DNA from: a virus
Lineage: Duplodnaviria; Caudoviricetes
DNA length: 64,000 bases
Strand: one strand, 5' to 3'
Virus record (IMG/VR): IMGVR_UViG_3300017909_004140
Span: 43,338-107,337 of that record
Under the pieces are notes generated by a model, which saw only the letters and a list, made by a program, of their open reading frames with translations, was not told the DNA's origin and searched no databases. Shown one piece after another: positions 1 through 9,400 of this stretch. A program made the translations under genes and the position numbers. How positions within the stretch are numbered: position 1 is the first letter of the stretch; every line of letters starts with the position of its first letter.

Positions 1-128
1 ACATAAACTTTTGCTTGTATTTCTACAAAAGGGCCTACAAATACATCATCGTCTAAATGACAGCCATAAATATTAACTTCGTCAAATATATTTACATTTT
101 TACCGAGAACAACATTATCTTCAACCAT
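1..128 (-). CDS. Hexapeptide-repeat sugar N-acetyltransferase (WxcM/FdtC-like), N-terminal part, truncated by window edge
   Basis: Manual translation from ATG at 128: MVEDNVVLGKNVNIFDEVNIYGCHLDDDVFVGPFVEIQAKVY, a left-handed beta-helix pattern; overlaps the stop of the upstream GT. Confidence 0.7.
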   Translation of the reverse strand, partial: MVEDNVVLGKNVNIFDEVNIYGCHLDDDVFVGPFVEIQAKVY

Positions 129-984
129 TTTTTAAAGCTTTTAGTCTTTCTATCATTTTATCCATCATAATACCGATATCTAAGTGATCAAACGCTTTCC
201 TAGTATCATTTAAGTCTAAAACTGGAGTATTATCCCAAGTTTCTTTTAAAACTCTTTTGAAATCTTCATAGTCATCATATTTAAAATAGATTCCTCTATC
301 TCCTAAGTAATCTTTAGCACCCATATAAGGAGAATCACTAACTATACAAGGCTTGCCGTGATAATATCCTTCTAGTAAGGTTAAGCCTCCTGTTGATGCC
401 TCATAGTACTCGCATACCGTAAAAGCACACTCTAGTAATACTTTTTGAAACTCTCTTTCTCCAAAAGTATGAACTGTTTCAACATAAGGAATATCTAATT
501 CTTGACAAGCTCTTTTAGTCCACCCATAATTTGGATCATTATAGTATTGTCTGAGCGGATTATAAACATACCTTTTATCTATTATTTGATCATCGTTTGC
601 GTCAAATTTTCTAAACCATGTTAAAATAATTTTACACTTATCTCCGATACCGAAGTACTCTTCCATACGTTTAACAACTTCTTCAGAAGGACACCATAGT
701 TCTACGCATTTTTCTAAATATTCTCCGTATCCTTTCCAATCATAAACTCCTCTTTTATCTTCCCATGCCCATTTATAAAAGTCCCATGTATAGTTTATCA
801 TCGGAATATTAGGAAATTTTTTGTGTGCTGCTTTCCACCATTCTAATCTGGCTTGCCCTGTGCACACGATAAAATCACAATCTTCACTAACTTCATTTAA
901 GAGTACTTCTACTCCTTTTTCTCTTAATACAGGAATCCACGGTTCAACATTTTGTGATGGAGGAGTAATTAAACAAATTTTCAT
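121..984 (-). CDS. Glycosyltransferase, GT-B fold (GT4-like)
   Basis: C-terminal EASTGGLTLLEGYYHGKPCIVSD matches the GT4 E-x7-E/KP-x-I-x-SD motif; lies in the sugar operon. Confidence 0.7.
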   Translation of the reverse strand: MKICLITPPSQNVEPWIPVLREKGVEVLLNEVSEDCDFIVCTGQARLEWWKAAHKKFPNIPMINYTWDFYKWAWEDKRGVYDWKGYGEYLEKCVELWCPSEEVVKRMEEYFGIGDKCKIILTWFRKFDANDDQIIDKRYVYNPLRQYYNDPNYGWTKRACQELDIPYVETVHTFGEREFQKVLLECAFTVCEYYEASTGGLTLLEGYYHGKPCIVSDSPYMGAKDYLGDRGIYFKYDDYEDFKRVLKETWDNTPVLDLNDTRKAFDHLDIGIMMDKMIERLKALKNG

Positions 985-2015
985 CTTACAAACCAGCCTT
1001 TCTTCGCTCTATCATAATCTTCTTTTGCCATCGAAATTACCAATTCTTCAAATGACATTTTTGGTTTCCAGTTAAGTAATTCAGTTGCTTTAGAGTAGTC
1101 TCCAAGTAAGGTATCTACTTCTGCCGGTCTAAAATGTATAGGATTTACTTTTGCTATTACTTTATTGGTTACTTCATTAACTGCGATTTTTCCCAAACCT
1201 TCTCCCTGAATACTAATTTTCATATCTAGAAACTCAGCAGTTTTTAGTAAGAACTCTTCAACAGAGTGTTCAATACCTGTAGCAACTACATAGTCTTCCG
1301 CTTTATCGTGTTGCAACATTAAATGCATTGCTTCAACAAAATCTCCTGCAAAGCCCCAGTCTCTTTTAGCTTCAAAATTACCTAATTCTAATACTAAGTC
1401 TTCTCCTGTTGCCATTCTAGCTAAATGAGTAGAAATTTTTCTGGTAACAAACTCTTCTCCTCTTAAAGGAGACTCGTGATTAAATAATATACCACAAGAA
1501 CCAAATATATCATAAGATTCTCTGTAATTTATAGTGATGTTGTGAGCAAATACTTTAGCACAAGCGTAGGGACTTCTAGGATAAAACTTAGTCGTTTCTT
1601 TCTGTACTTTTTCTTGTATTAGTCCAAACATTTCAGAAGAAGATGCTTGATAAAATTTAATTTTAGGGTTAATAATTCGTATTGCTTCAAGTATTTTTAA
1701 CGTAGAAAGTGCTGTTACTTCAGATGTATATATTGGCTGATCAAAACTAGCCCTTACAAAGCTCTGCGCTCCTAAATTATATATCTCATCTGGTTCGATG
1801 GAAGAAATAGTTTTTATTATATTGCTTTGTTCTAATAATTCTAAAGATACTAAATTAATTTCTTTATCTATCTCTAACTCTTTTAATCTCCATATGTTTC
1901 CTGTACTTGATCTACGAACAGCCCCATAAACATCATATCCTTTTTCTAATAAAAGTTTTGCTAAATACGCACCGTCTTGTCCAGTAATACCAGTAACTAA
2001 AGCTTTTTTAGTCAT
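981..2015 (-). CDS. gmd: GDP-mannose 4,6-dehydratase
   Basis: ALVTGITGQDGAYLA, YQASSSEMFG, PRSPYACAK, LFNHESPLRG, RDWGFAGD. Confidence 0.97.
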   Translation of the reverse strand: MTKKALVTGITGQDGAYLAKLLLEKGYDVYGAVRRSSTGNIWRLKELEIDKEINLVSLELLEQSNIIKTISSIEPDEIYNLGAQSFVRASFDQPIYTSEVTALSTLKILEAIRIINPKIKFYQASSSEMFGLIQEKVQKETTKFYPRSPYACAKVFAHNITINYRESYDIFGSCGILFNHESPLRGEEFVTRKISTHLARMATGEDLVLELGNFEAKRDWGFAGDFVEAMHLMLQHDKAEDYVVATGIEHSVEEFLLKTAEFLDMKISIQGEGLGKIAVNEVTNKVIAKVNPIHFRPAEVDTLLGDYSKATELLNWKPKMSFEELVISMAKEDYDRAKKGWFVR

Positions 2016-3202
2016 ATATGTGTCTCCATCATTCTAAAAAAGTAGTCAATTTGTTCATACATCTTACTAGGATTATTACCGATAAAGAATCCTTGAGTAT
2101 CAAGAATATCAGACCCTTCATAACCTTTAATATTTTGCTTTGTATTCAGCCTTCTAATAACAGGGTTGTTCATAAAATTACCTGCTACAATTGGCCTGCA
2201 CTCAATACCGTTTTCTATTAATTTATCTACTATTTTATCTCTATTTAGACCTGATCTTAATACTATACCAAAACCAAACCAACTACTGTATGTTGTGTTT
2301 TTAAATCCATCTTCTTCTTCTCTTTGCAAATAAAAATCAGGGTTACCACTAACTCCTAATCTTTCTTTAAAGTAAGCTGCATTTTCTCTTCTGGCAAGAG
2401 TCATATCTTCCATTTTTCTAAGCTGCGCTTGCCCTATGGCTCCACTCATTTCTAAGGGTCTAACGCTATAACCAGGTAGTGCAAAACGAAAACTATCTTT
2501 GAAAGGATTTCCAATTTTATTACACACTGTGTTTTCTTTTGGAAGCTCTCTCATCCAACCGTGTGCTCTTAAACTTTTACAATATTCTGCTAATTTTAAA
2601 TCATCTGTTAGGATCATTCCTCCTTCCATCGTTTGCATATGATGACTAAAGAAAAAAGAATAAGTACCCATTAGACCAATACTGCCTAAGTATCTTCCTT
2701 TATATTTTGCTCCTAAGCTTTCACAGTTGTCTTCTATTAAAATTAAATTATGTCTATGGCACAGCTCTATTAATTGAGCATATTCACAAGAATTGCCTAA
2801 TAGATTAACAGCAAAAATAGCTTTTGTTTTTTCTGATATATTTTCTTCAATATCATTAACGTCTATATTAAAAGTGTGCGGGTTGACATCTACAAATTTC
2901 ATTGTTAACCCGTATTGATGAACCGGAAAAAAAGTAGTACTCCAACTAACAGCAGGTACAATGACTTCGTCTCCAGGATTTAAATCAATATCCTCATTAA
3001 GAACTAAACTAGCAATCATCAACAAGTTTGCAGAACTGCCACTATTTACCATAACTGCATGTTTTTTACCCATACTAGTTGCAAACTGCTTTTCAAATTT
3101 TTCTACTTCTGGTCCCATAGTGAACCTATTACTATTTATTACTTTTTGGATCATACCTAACTCTTCATGATCCCACGTTTCACATGCTAGTGGATATCTC
3201 AT
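2012..3202 (-). CDS. colD: PLP-dependent DegT-family enzyme, ColD type (GDP-4-keto-6-deoxymannose 3-dehydratase)
   Basis: VNSGSSANL, EDNCES, and SFFFSHHMQTMEGG with His at the position of the usual Schiff-base Lys, as in ColD/E1 dehydratases; adjacent to gmd. Confidence 0.8.
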   Translation of the reverse strand: MRYPLACETWDHEELGMIQKVINSNRFTMGPEVEKFEKQFATSMGKKHAVMVNSGSSANLLMIASLVLNEDIDLNPGDEVIVPAVSWSTTFFPVHQYGLTMKFVDVNPHTFNIDVNDIEENISEKTKAIFAVNLLGNSCEYAQLIELCHRHNLILIEDNCESLGAKYKGRYLGSIGLMGTYSFFFSHHMQTMEGGMILTDDLKLAEYCKSLRAHGWMRELPKENTVCNKIGNPFKDSFRFALPGYSVRPLEMSGAIGQAQLRKMEDMTLARRENAAYFKERLGVSGNPDFYLQREEEDGFKNTTYSSWFGFGIVLRSGLNRDKIVDKLIENGIECRPIVAGNFMNNPVIRRLNTKQNIKGYEGSDILDTQGFFIGNNPSKMYEQIDYFFRMMETHI

Positions 3203-4115
3203 TAACTTTCTCTTTCACTTCTGAATATGTTATACGGTTTATATTTATTGGGTTGAAAATGTATGTTCCTTTTTTATTTGGAGGTATAAATGCTGTGGCG
3301 TTTTTGTTATGATTAGCTTGCCAATAAGAAGCCAGCACTATAGTTGGGTGTTCATAAGCAGACATGATCCACATAGAACCACTGTCTGTCCCTATACTAA
3401 TATCACAAGCTAAGGCTGCCTTTATTTGAGTAAAAAACTCATAACTAGTTAAGTTGTGGTAATTATCACTTTCCGATAAGACAGGTTCTCCCACCCATCC
3501 AAAATGGTATATAGTATATCCATCAGAAATTAAGCTAGCAACGGCAGAAACCCACCAATCTTTACTAGGAGACCTTCCATTATTGCTTCCATAACCAGCG
3601 AAAGGCCAAATGGCTAATGACTTATCTGCAATGGTTACAAAGCTTTCTCTCTTTCTAGAATACCCATGCTGCGCATAGTTATCTGGTAAAGAAGGAGTAA
3701 ACCATTTGTACAACTTAGGAATTTGTTCGTCTTCTGTTAATACTTCTGTTAAATCTTCTATTTGATTTGCTTTTGCTGTATTTTCTATACAGCCCCAATA
3801 ATTATACCAATCAGATACTTTATGGTTTTGTTTTAATACAATTTTATTTTCGTGATCTAGTCTCATAGTAGAAAAATCACAAGAAGCAGCAATTTTATAA
3901 TCTTCTTTGTCAAATCCGTCCCATGCAGTAATTTTTATTCTGTCAATAAGAGGATGATTGAAAAATAAAGGAGCTGATTGTGAACATCTTTCTACTATAC
4001 CAAAATATTTGTAACTACCTGGATATTTTTTTTCAAAATAAGTAAGTTGTGGTAAGGACATAACTAAATCTCCTATAATACCAAAACTTGTTCCCCAAAT
4101 TTTATACATTATCAA
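3180..4115 (-). CDS. GT9 (heptosyltransferase-like) glycosyltransferase
   Basis: GIIGDLVMSLP near the N-terminus and IGTDSGSMWIMSA in the C-terminal domain. Confidence 0.7.
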   Translation of the reverse strand: MIMYKIWGTSFGIIGDLVMSLPQLTYFEKKYPGSYKYFGIVERCSQSAPLFFNHPLIDRIKITAWDGFDKEDYKIAASCDFSTMRLDHENKIVLKQNHKVSDWYNYWGCIENTAKANQIEDLTEVLTEDEQIPKLYKWFTPSLPDNYAQHGYSRKRESFVTIADKSLAIWPFAGYGSNNGRSPSKDWWVSAVASLISDGYTIYHFGWVGEPVLSESDNYHNLTSYEFFTQIKAALACDISIGTDSGSMWIMSAYEHPTIVLASYWQANHNKNATAFIPPNKKGTYIFNPININRITYSEVKEKVNEISTSM

Positions 4116-4920
4116 TATAATCCAGAATATTTTTCCAAGAAATATTTACGTGATTTTCTAATTCAGTTATATTTGCTTTAGTAAATTTTTGGTATTGCTT
4201 TTTTAAATTTTCAGGCATTGGTATATATTTAATCTGTACATTGTATTTTTTAGCTATCTTACGTCCTATAGCTTCAAAACTTGTAGGATTACCTGTTCCT
4301 ACATTAAATATACCGTTTTCTGACTTACTCAGCATTTGTTTATGTACTTCGCAAACATCTTCTACACAAACAAAATCTCTTTTAAAATTCTCACTATCTT
4401 CAAATAAAGTAATCTCTTTTTTATTTATCGCCTGATCAGTAAATTTGGTGTAAGGACTTGCCATATCTTTTTTATGTTCTTCTCCTTTTTTACCGTAAAC
4501 GTTAAAATATCTAAAGCCTTGTACTGTAATATCTTTACCATAATCTGTTTCACGAATGTGCCTATCAAACAAGTATTTTGTCCACGCATAGGGAGACTGA
4601 GGATTTAAAGACTTGTTTTCTGTAAAATGATTTGTATTACCGTATACGCTAGCACTTGATGCATATTGAAAAATTTTAACTTTTTGTGCTATTGCCTCTT
4701 TTAATAAAGACTTACTAAAATCATAGTTTTGAAGTACTATCTGATCTACGTCTGAATAAGTTGTAGAGCTTATCGCCCCAAGATGAATAACTGCGTCTAT
4801 ATTTTTTAGTAAAGGAAATCCGTTTGACCACTCCCAGCCCGTTACTTCATGTTCGTTTTTTAAATACTCATAAAGATTACTACCAATAAATCCTTTGTGT
4901 CCTGTAATCAGTATTTTCAT
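4102..4920 (-). CDS. hldD: ADP-L-glycero-D-manno-heptose 6-epimerase (extended SDR)
   Basis: ITGHKGFIGSNL, HLGAISST, YASSASVYG, YAWTK, FRYFNVYG, EEHK, RDFVCVED. Confidence 0.85.
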   Translation of the reverse strand: MKILITGHKGFIGSNLYEYLKNEHEVTGWEWSNGFPLLKNIDAVIHLGAISSTTYSDVDQIVLQNYDFSKSLLKEAIAQKVKIFQYASSASVYGNTNHFTENKSLNPQSPYAWTKYLFDRHIRETDYGKDITVQGFRYFNVYGKKGEEHKKDMASPYTKFTDQAINKKEITLFEDSENFKRDFVCVEDVCEVHKQMLSKSENGIFNVGTGNPTSFEAIGRKIAKKYNVQIKYIPMPENLKKQYQKFTKANITELENHVNISWKNILDYIDNV

Positions 4921-5762
4921 TTTACTGTCTCTATTATTGTTTTAGCCCAATTATCAGTAGAATATTTTTGAACTGTTTTTCTTCCGTGTTCAGCTATCTC
5001 ATGTCTTTCTTTTGCGTTTTTCAAATAGTATGAAATTTTATCTTTACAGTCTTCTACACTATCAAACGTAATAAAATCTTTTCCTACTTCCCAATCGTTT
5101 TCCATCAATTCCCATTTTTCAGTCAAGAAAAAACTTCCACAAGCTAATACTTTATATACTCTATCTGAGGTTCCTTCTTTATTAGTGGTAAATCCTAAAT
5201 TGATTTTTGACTGATTTACTACTTTAGTATACTCATGTCCATAAGAATTATTAAAGTTTTTAAAACCTACTTGTTGAAAATAACCTCCTCGATGATCTTT
5301 TAAATATCCAACAAAGCTTGAGTCATAAATTTTTTCAAGTTTCATAGGGCGGTGTAATGTAGGGTGAAAACCTTCTTGCAAATAGTAACTGTTTGGGTTT
5401 GTTTCTTTGAAAATATTTGATAGTTTTTCATACGCGGAAAAAATATAATTGCTATGTTTTACTTTTTCCATCCACTCACTATCAGCATTCACTAGCGGGT
5501 CCATATACCAACACGCAACTTTACAATACTCTTTTGCCTTTTTTATAACATCAATATTTATTGTATTACCTTTACTGATTAATAGTAAATCAGGAGTATC
5601 ACTTTTTATTATATTTATAATAGCCTCATCTCTTTGTTTTAAAGAATAAGACCCTATATCTCTCATATCAAAAGTACTAAGATCAGATACTTTATCAAGG
5701 GCTTCTGCTTGCCCTATATTAGTAGAGTTATTTGTAAACACTCCTACATATAAGATTTTCAT
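4917..5762 (-). CDS. Glycosyltransferase (CgeB/Glyco_trans_1_2-like)
   Basis: SKINLG...SDRVYKVLACGSFFLT...KISYYL...RHEIAEHG motif. Confidence 0.75.
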   Translation of the reverse strand: MKILYVGVFTNNSTNIGQAEALDKVSDLSTFDMRDIGSYSLKQRDEAIINIIKSDTPDLLLISKGNTINIDVIKKAKEYCKVACWYMDPLVNADSEWMEKVKHSNYIFSAYEKLSNIFKETNPNSYYLQEGFHPTLHRPMKLEKIYDSSFVGYLKDHRGGYFQQVGFKNFNNSYGHEYTKVVNQSKINLGFTTNKEGTSDRVYKVLACGSFFLTEKWELMENDWEVGKDFITFDSVEDCKDKISYYLKNAKERHEIAEHGRKTVQKYSTDNWAKTIIETVK

Positions 5763-6676
5763 TTCAGAAAACTCTTTACTCTTTCTATAACGTAGTCAGT
5801 ATCAGGATTCCAACCTCCTTCATGAATAACTTCTCTTTTACTATTAAAAGGATTCCAATCTGTGGCGTATCTATGAATATTTTGTGGTATAGTCATTACT
5901 ACCATATCTGTATCACATAGAGAAGCTAAATGTGCTGGACCACTACAAGTAGTTACTAAAAACTTGCATTTATTTAGATACGAAACCGTATCTTCTATTG
6001 ATATGCCTCGTAAGTCATCACAGTAGTTTGGTACTACAGATTCGTGTTTTGTACCGATAGCTCCTAGTTTGTAACCTTCTTTATGAAGAAACGAACAAAG
6101 CTTATCCCAAGACTGCCCAGGCCAGTTTTTATTACTAGTTCCGTGATGAAAAGCTTTTCTTGCGTGAATCAGTGCTTTATAGGGAGACTTTTTTATTGTT
6201 TTGCTTTTATATTTGTGAAATAGTTGAGAGCTAAGAAATTTTGGTAGTCTTTCTTCTCTGCCTGGTCCATCAGCATGATAGTCAACTAAAAAAGTATGAG
6301 ATGGTATATATAAACAGTTATCTTCTGTTAACCCTAACTTTTCCATAACGTTATTTTTTATATCCTTCGGCTGAATATCGGAATGCGGAGTAGGCCAGTC
6401 TTGACAAAGTGCTCCGGTAATATTCTCTCCTGGACAGTTGAATTCAATATATGAATCGCAGAAATCCTCGTAGATAAAACTTCTTCCCGTTCTGCTAATT
6501 ATGTTAAATGTTTTTAGGTGTGGGTTATCTCTTCTCATTTTTCTCAAATAACCCTGACAGCCGAATAACTCCCAACCGAATTCTCCTACCCAAGGACCAA
6601 ATAATACGTGCTCTACATTTTTGACTTTTTCACTCATTTCATTATGATTTAAATGCATATTAACCCTCGATATCAA
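5759..6676 (-). CDS. GT9-like glycosyltransferase
   Basis: GEFGWEL near the N-terminus, KNWP, DLRG and SGPAHLASLC GT9-type motifs. Confidence 0.6.
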   Translation of the reverse strand: MISRVNMHLNHNEMSEKVKNVEHVLFGPWVGEFGWELFGCQGYLRKMRRDNPHLKTFNIISRTGRSFIYEDFCDSYIEFNCPGENITGALCQDWPTPHSDIQPKDIKNNVMEKLGLTEDNCLYIPSHTFLVDYHADGPGREERLPKFLSSQLFHKYKSKTIKKSPYKALIHARKAFHHGTSNKNWPGQSWDKLCSFLHKEGYKLGAIGTKHESVVPNYCDDLRGISIEDTVSYLNKCKFLVTTCSGPAHLASLCDTDMVVMTIPQNIHRYATDWNPFNSKREVIHEGGWNPDTDYVIERVKSFLK

Positions 6677-7364
6677 TACTGTTCCATAAATTATCCCAAT
6701 TTACTACAGGACTCATATGAAATGGTGTTAGATGTGTAGAACAACCAGGTACAGGAGATATACAAGGGTGTGTTTGGAACATTTCTTTTGTTGGGTTATG
6801 TGGAGCAGTTTCATTTATAAGATCCCAACACTCTAACCAAGTTTTTGTTTTACCAGCAAAAGTATATGTTGTTGAGGGATTGGTTCTCCAGTGTCTGTCT
6901 GTATCTACCATTAAAAAACAAGGAGTCTTATCTTTGGTATACCTATCAGGGTAATCCATTGTAGTAACCCAGTTATTCCATTTTGTAAAAATTAGTTTCA
7001 TAGCAGAGATTGCGTCTGGAGTATGTAGGTAATCATCTTCAACTACGTAATGAACCTCTTCTGGATCGCTCATATCTAACTGTGTTTTTAAAAATTCTAA
7101 CATTTTAAAGGTGTGAAGCCTGTCGTGAATATCGTGTTTAGGAATTTCTAAAAAAGTTGTGTTCTCATAAGAATTTTTTTCTATAAAATCCATTGTTTCT
7201 TGTGTTACATCATCATGCAATATGAAAACTTCATCAGACTCTTCAATTCCATCATAAATAGATTTCCAACATTTGCGAACAGTTTTCCACTTAGGAATTT
7301 CATCCCACCTAGGAACTCCACTAACACTTTCTTGTTTTTCACAGCATCGAAAGTAAATTTTCAT
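6660..7364 (-). CDS. Putative GT-A fold glycosyltransferase
   Basis: YVVEDDYLH (DxD-like) motif, YPDRY; operon context. Confidence 0.55.
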   Translation of the reverse strand: MKIYFRCCEKQESVSGVPRWDEIPKWKTVRKCWKSIYDGIEESDEVFILHDDVTQETMDFIEKNSYENTTFLEIPKHDIHDRLHTFKMLEFLKTQLDMSDPEEVHYVVEDDYLHTPDAISAMKLIFTKWNNWVTTMDYPDRYTKDKTPCFLMVDTDRHWRTNPSTTYTFAGKTKTWLECWDLINETAPHNPTKEMFQTHPCISPVPGCSTHLTPFHMSPVVNWDNLWNSIDIEG

Positions 7365-8079
7365 CTATAACTACTCCTAACCCACAACTACCATAAAAAC
7401 CAAGATGTTTGTAGTTGTCTTCTTTATATTCATCTTCAAAAGCTTTTCTCTCCCAAAATTGTTTTATCCATTCTGGTCTAGAAATAAATTTTAACTCCTC
7501 TTCTTCTGCATTTACAGAGAAAGACCATTCATGATATACAATTGTCGCTTTTGGGTATTTTTTCTTAATTTCTTTTGCGATAGCATAACAAAATATCTGT
7601 CTATGATCTGCATCAACAAATATTAAATCATACTCATCTTCTGAGTCTTTTATAAACTCTATTGCGTCCCCTTTGTAAAAAGAGATATTTTCATTTTCTA
7701 GGTATTCTTTGTACTTATCACACATTCTATGAGGTACTTTAACATCTACCCCGTCAAACTGGGAATCTTCCGGTAAAGCTTCTCTAATTAGGCTTCCGCT
7801 GATTCCTTGAGCTACTCCTATCTCTAGTACTTTTTGTGGTTTAAGTTTTTTAAGTAGTGTATAAAAAACTCTGGCCTCGTTGTAATCAAGAGTGCCAGAG
7901 CCTGCCCATTCTCCTCCATAGTCTGCGTGTGCTTCTATAGATTGCTTTAAAAACCAACTATCCCACATTTCATTAAAATTTTCTGTCTCTTCTTCCCATG
8001 AAGAGAAACAGTTATTTAATTGAGAAATAAAGGTAAGGCTAGTTTCGGAATAACTTTTTGTATCTTTTTGTTTAATCAT
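7339..8079 (-). CDS. Class I SAM-dependent methyltransferase (Methyltransf_24-like)
   Basis: VLEIGVAQGISG, GDA, YDLIFVDADH; start moved to the ATG at 8079 (AAGGAAG RBS). Confidence 0.8.
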   Translation of the reverse strand: MIKQKDTKSYSETSLTFISQLNNCFSSWEEETENFNEMWDSWFLKQSIEAHADYGGEWAGSGTLDYNEARVFYTLLKKLKPQKVLEIGVAQGISGSLIREALPEDSQFDGVDVKVPHRMCDKYKEYLENENISFYKGDAIEFIKDSEDEYDLIFVDADHRQIFCYAIAKEIKKKYPKATIVYHEWSFSVNAEEEELKFISRPEWIKQFWERKAFEDEYKEDNYKHLGFYGSCGLGVVIDENLLSML

Positions 8080-8098
8080 TTTTCTTCCTTTAAATAGT

Positions 8099-8126
8099 AT
8101 TATACACAAATTGTAAAAATTTTCAA
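8099..8126 (-). promoter_or_regulatory. Sigma70-type promoter of the sugar operon
   Basis: Minus strand TTGAAA-N16-TATAAT. Confidence 0.55.
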
Positions 8127-8157
8127 GTTACTAGATTGGTGGGTAAACTGTGAAATT

Positions 8158-8185
8158 AAAAAAAGGGAGGTGAAATCACCTCCCT
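8158..8185 (-). terminator. Intrinsic terminator after the outer-membrane protein gene
   Basis: Minus strand AGGGAGGTGA-TT-TCACCTCCCT followed by a T run. Confidence 0.75.
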
Positions 8186-8209
8186 CTCATAGAGTATCTT
8201 ATGTGTTAA

Positions 8210-8533
8210 TTAAAACTTGATTTTTCCGCCGATAACAGTTTCAGAGTGTTTGAAGCCATCATCAAAATCATTTTTCATATATAAAGTAACATTTCCTACA
8301 GGCTGAGCAAAATCTACTTCGTATTTAGAAATATTAAATTTCATGTTATCTGCTGTAGTATCTTTCATTGTTACACCAAAAGAAGCCATTCCATAACCGA
8401 CAGAGCCGTATACAGAGTTAATTTCTGCTTCTAATTCTCTCTCTGTTCCAATAGTTAGATTAGGTTTAAGACCTTCTGCTAATACCGTAAGGGGGGTAGC
8501 TGCTAAAATAGTAGCAATAATTATTTTTTTCAT
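8210..8533 (-). CDS. Small exported, outer-membrane beta-barrel-like protein
   Basis: Signal peptide MKKIIIATILAATPLTVLA, amphipathic beta strands, C-terminal GGKIKF (terminal Phe). Confidence 0.55.
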   Translation of the reverse strand: MKKIIIATILAATPLTVLAEGLKPNLTIGTERELEAEINSVYGSVGYGMASFGVTMKDTTADNMKFNISKYEVDFAQPVGNVTLYMKNDFDDGFKHSETVIGGKIKF

Positions 8534-8551
8534 TATGTAACCTTTCATCTC

Positions 8552-8586
8552 ATAAAAATACACTTAATAGTTTTCTATTAAGTGTT
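8552..8586 (-). terminator. Terminator downstream of tmRNA
   Basis: ACACTTAATAG-4 nt-CTATTAAGTGT perfect hairpin followed by ATTTTT on the minus strand. Confidence 0.65.
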
Positions 8587-8589
8587 AAT

Positions 8590-9035
8590 AGTTGTGGCCC
8601 GTTCTGTTGCTAGGTGGTGCCATACCCCATTAGACTATGCCGCTAAGGGCATATCCATAGGTGCAAAATTATCGTTTGCAATTGTTTTATTCTTGCGGTT
8701 AAGGTCGCTTGCGCACCTGTCTCTCGATTTGATTTTTATTGAGTCTGTCGATCCTATTTCGCCCCCATCATAAAAGCACGCGTATCAAACAAAATTGCTC
8801 ATAGTTTTCTTCAAATCCTGTTTCATAATCTGCAAGAGGAGCTCCATTACTTCCAGAAACCCAGAGTCTTCTGAAATATCCGTCATAGGAATCTTCTACT
8901 TGCTGAGGAGTTACTTTACGAAGGTCTCCCTTAACCATATAGTAAACTCTACATTTTTCTTTGAATGTTACCATGCGTTTATGGTGGAGGCGCCGGGTAC
9001 CGCCCCCGGGTCCAGTCCGCCTATTCTATCTCTTC
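8590..9035 (-). ncRNA. ssrA: Two-piece (circularly permuted) tmRNA: acceptor piece ~9035-8982 ending in CCA; coding piece 8766-~8590; tag ANDNFAPMDMPLAA
   Basis: GACCCGGGGGCGGTACCCGGCGCCTCCACCA lies upstream of GGGGGCGAAATAGGATCGAC; GGGGGCG/CGCCTCC acceptor stem with G3-U70; tag reading frame 8679-8635. Confidence 0.95.
8768..8974 (-). CDS. 68-aa hypothetical protein filling the tmRNA intervening sequence
   Basis: ATG 7 nt after the acceptor CCA; stop 1 nt before the coding-piece 5' end. Confidence 0.55.
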   Translation of the reverse strand: MVTFKEKCRVYYMVKGDLRKVTPQQVEDSYDGYFRRLWVSGSNGAPLADYETGFEENYEQFCLIRVLL

Positions 9036-9049
9036 TCAAACGAGACAAT

Positions 9050-9400
9050 TTATTCCTTGAAAAATAGCTCTAGTTCGTCTAATATCCAAGTACTAATTTC
9101 TAAAGTACCAAATAATATAATTAGCATAAAAGGCACTATTATAAATAAAAATATAGTTAGCACTATTTTTTGCCAGCGATTACATTTTTCTACATAAAAA
9201 TGAGCAAATAGTCTTAATCCGGCTTTAATTTTTTCTTTTAACCAATCTCCGAAGAAATTACGAAAAAGTCGCATTACTATTAATATAGGAGAAGTTATAA
9301 CATCCCATACAAGTAATACTACGTCTACTATTAGATCAATAATATGATCTATTGTAAACCAGTTTTTTATTCTGTTTTTGAAATTATTTTTGTAAACCAA
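9050..9400 (-). CDS. Hypothetical membrane protein
   Basis: Two hydrophobic segments. Confidence 0.6.
   Translation of the reverse strand: MVYKNNFKNRIKNWFTIDHIIDLIVDVVLLVWDVITSPILIVMRLFRNFFGDWLKEKIKAGLRLFAHFYVEKCNRWQKIVLTIFLFIIVPFMLIILFGTLEISTWILDELELFFKE

Noticed and set aside
8582-9197. Plus-strand ORFs 8582, 8795 and 8961
   Set aside because: Antisense shadows of the tmRNA and neighbouring genes
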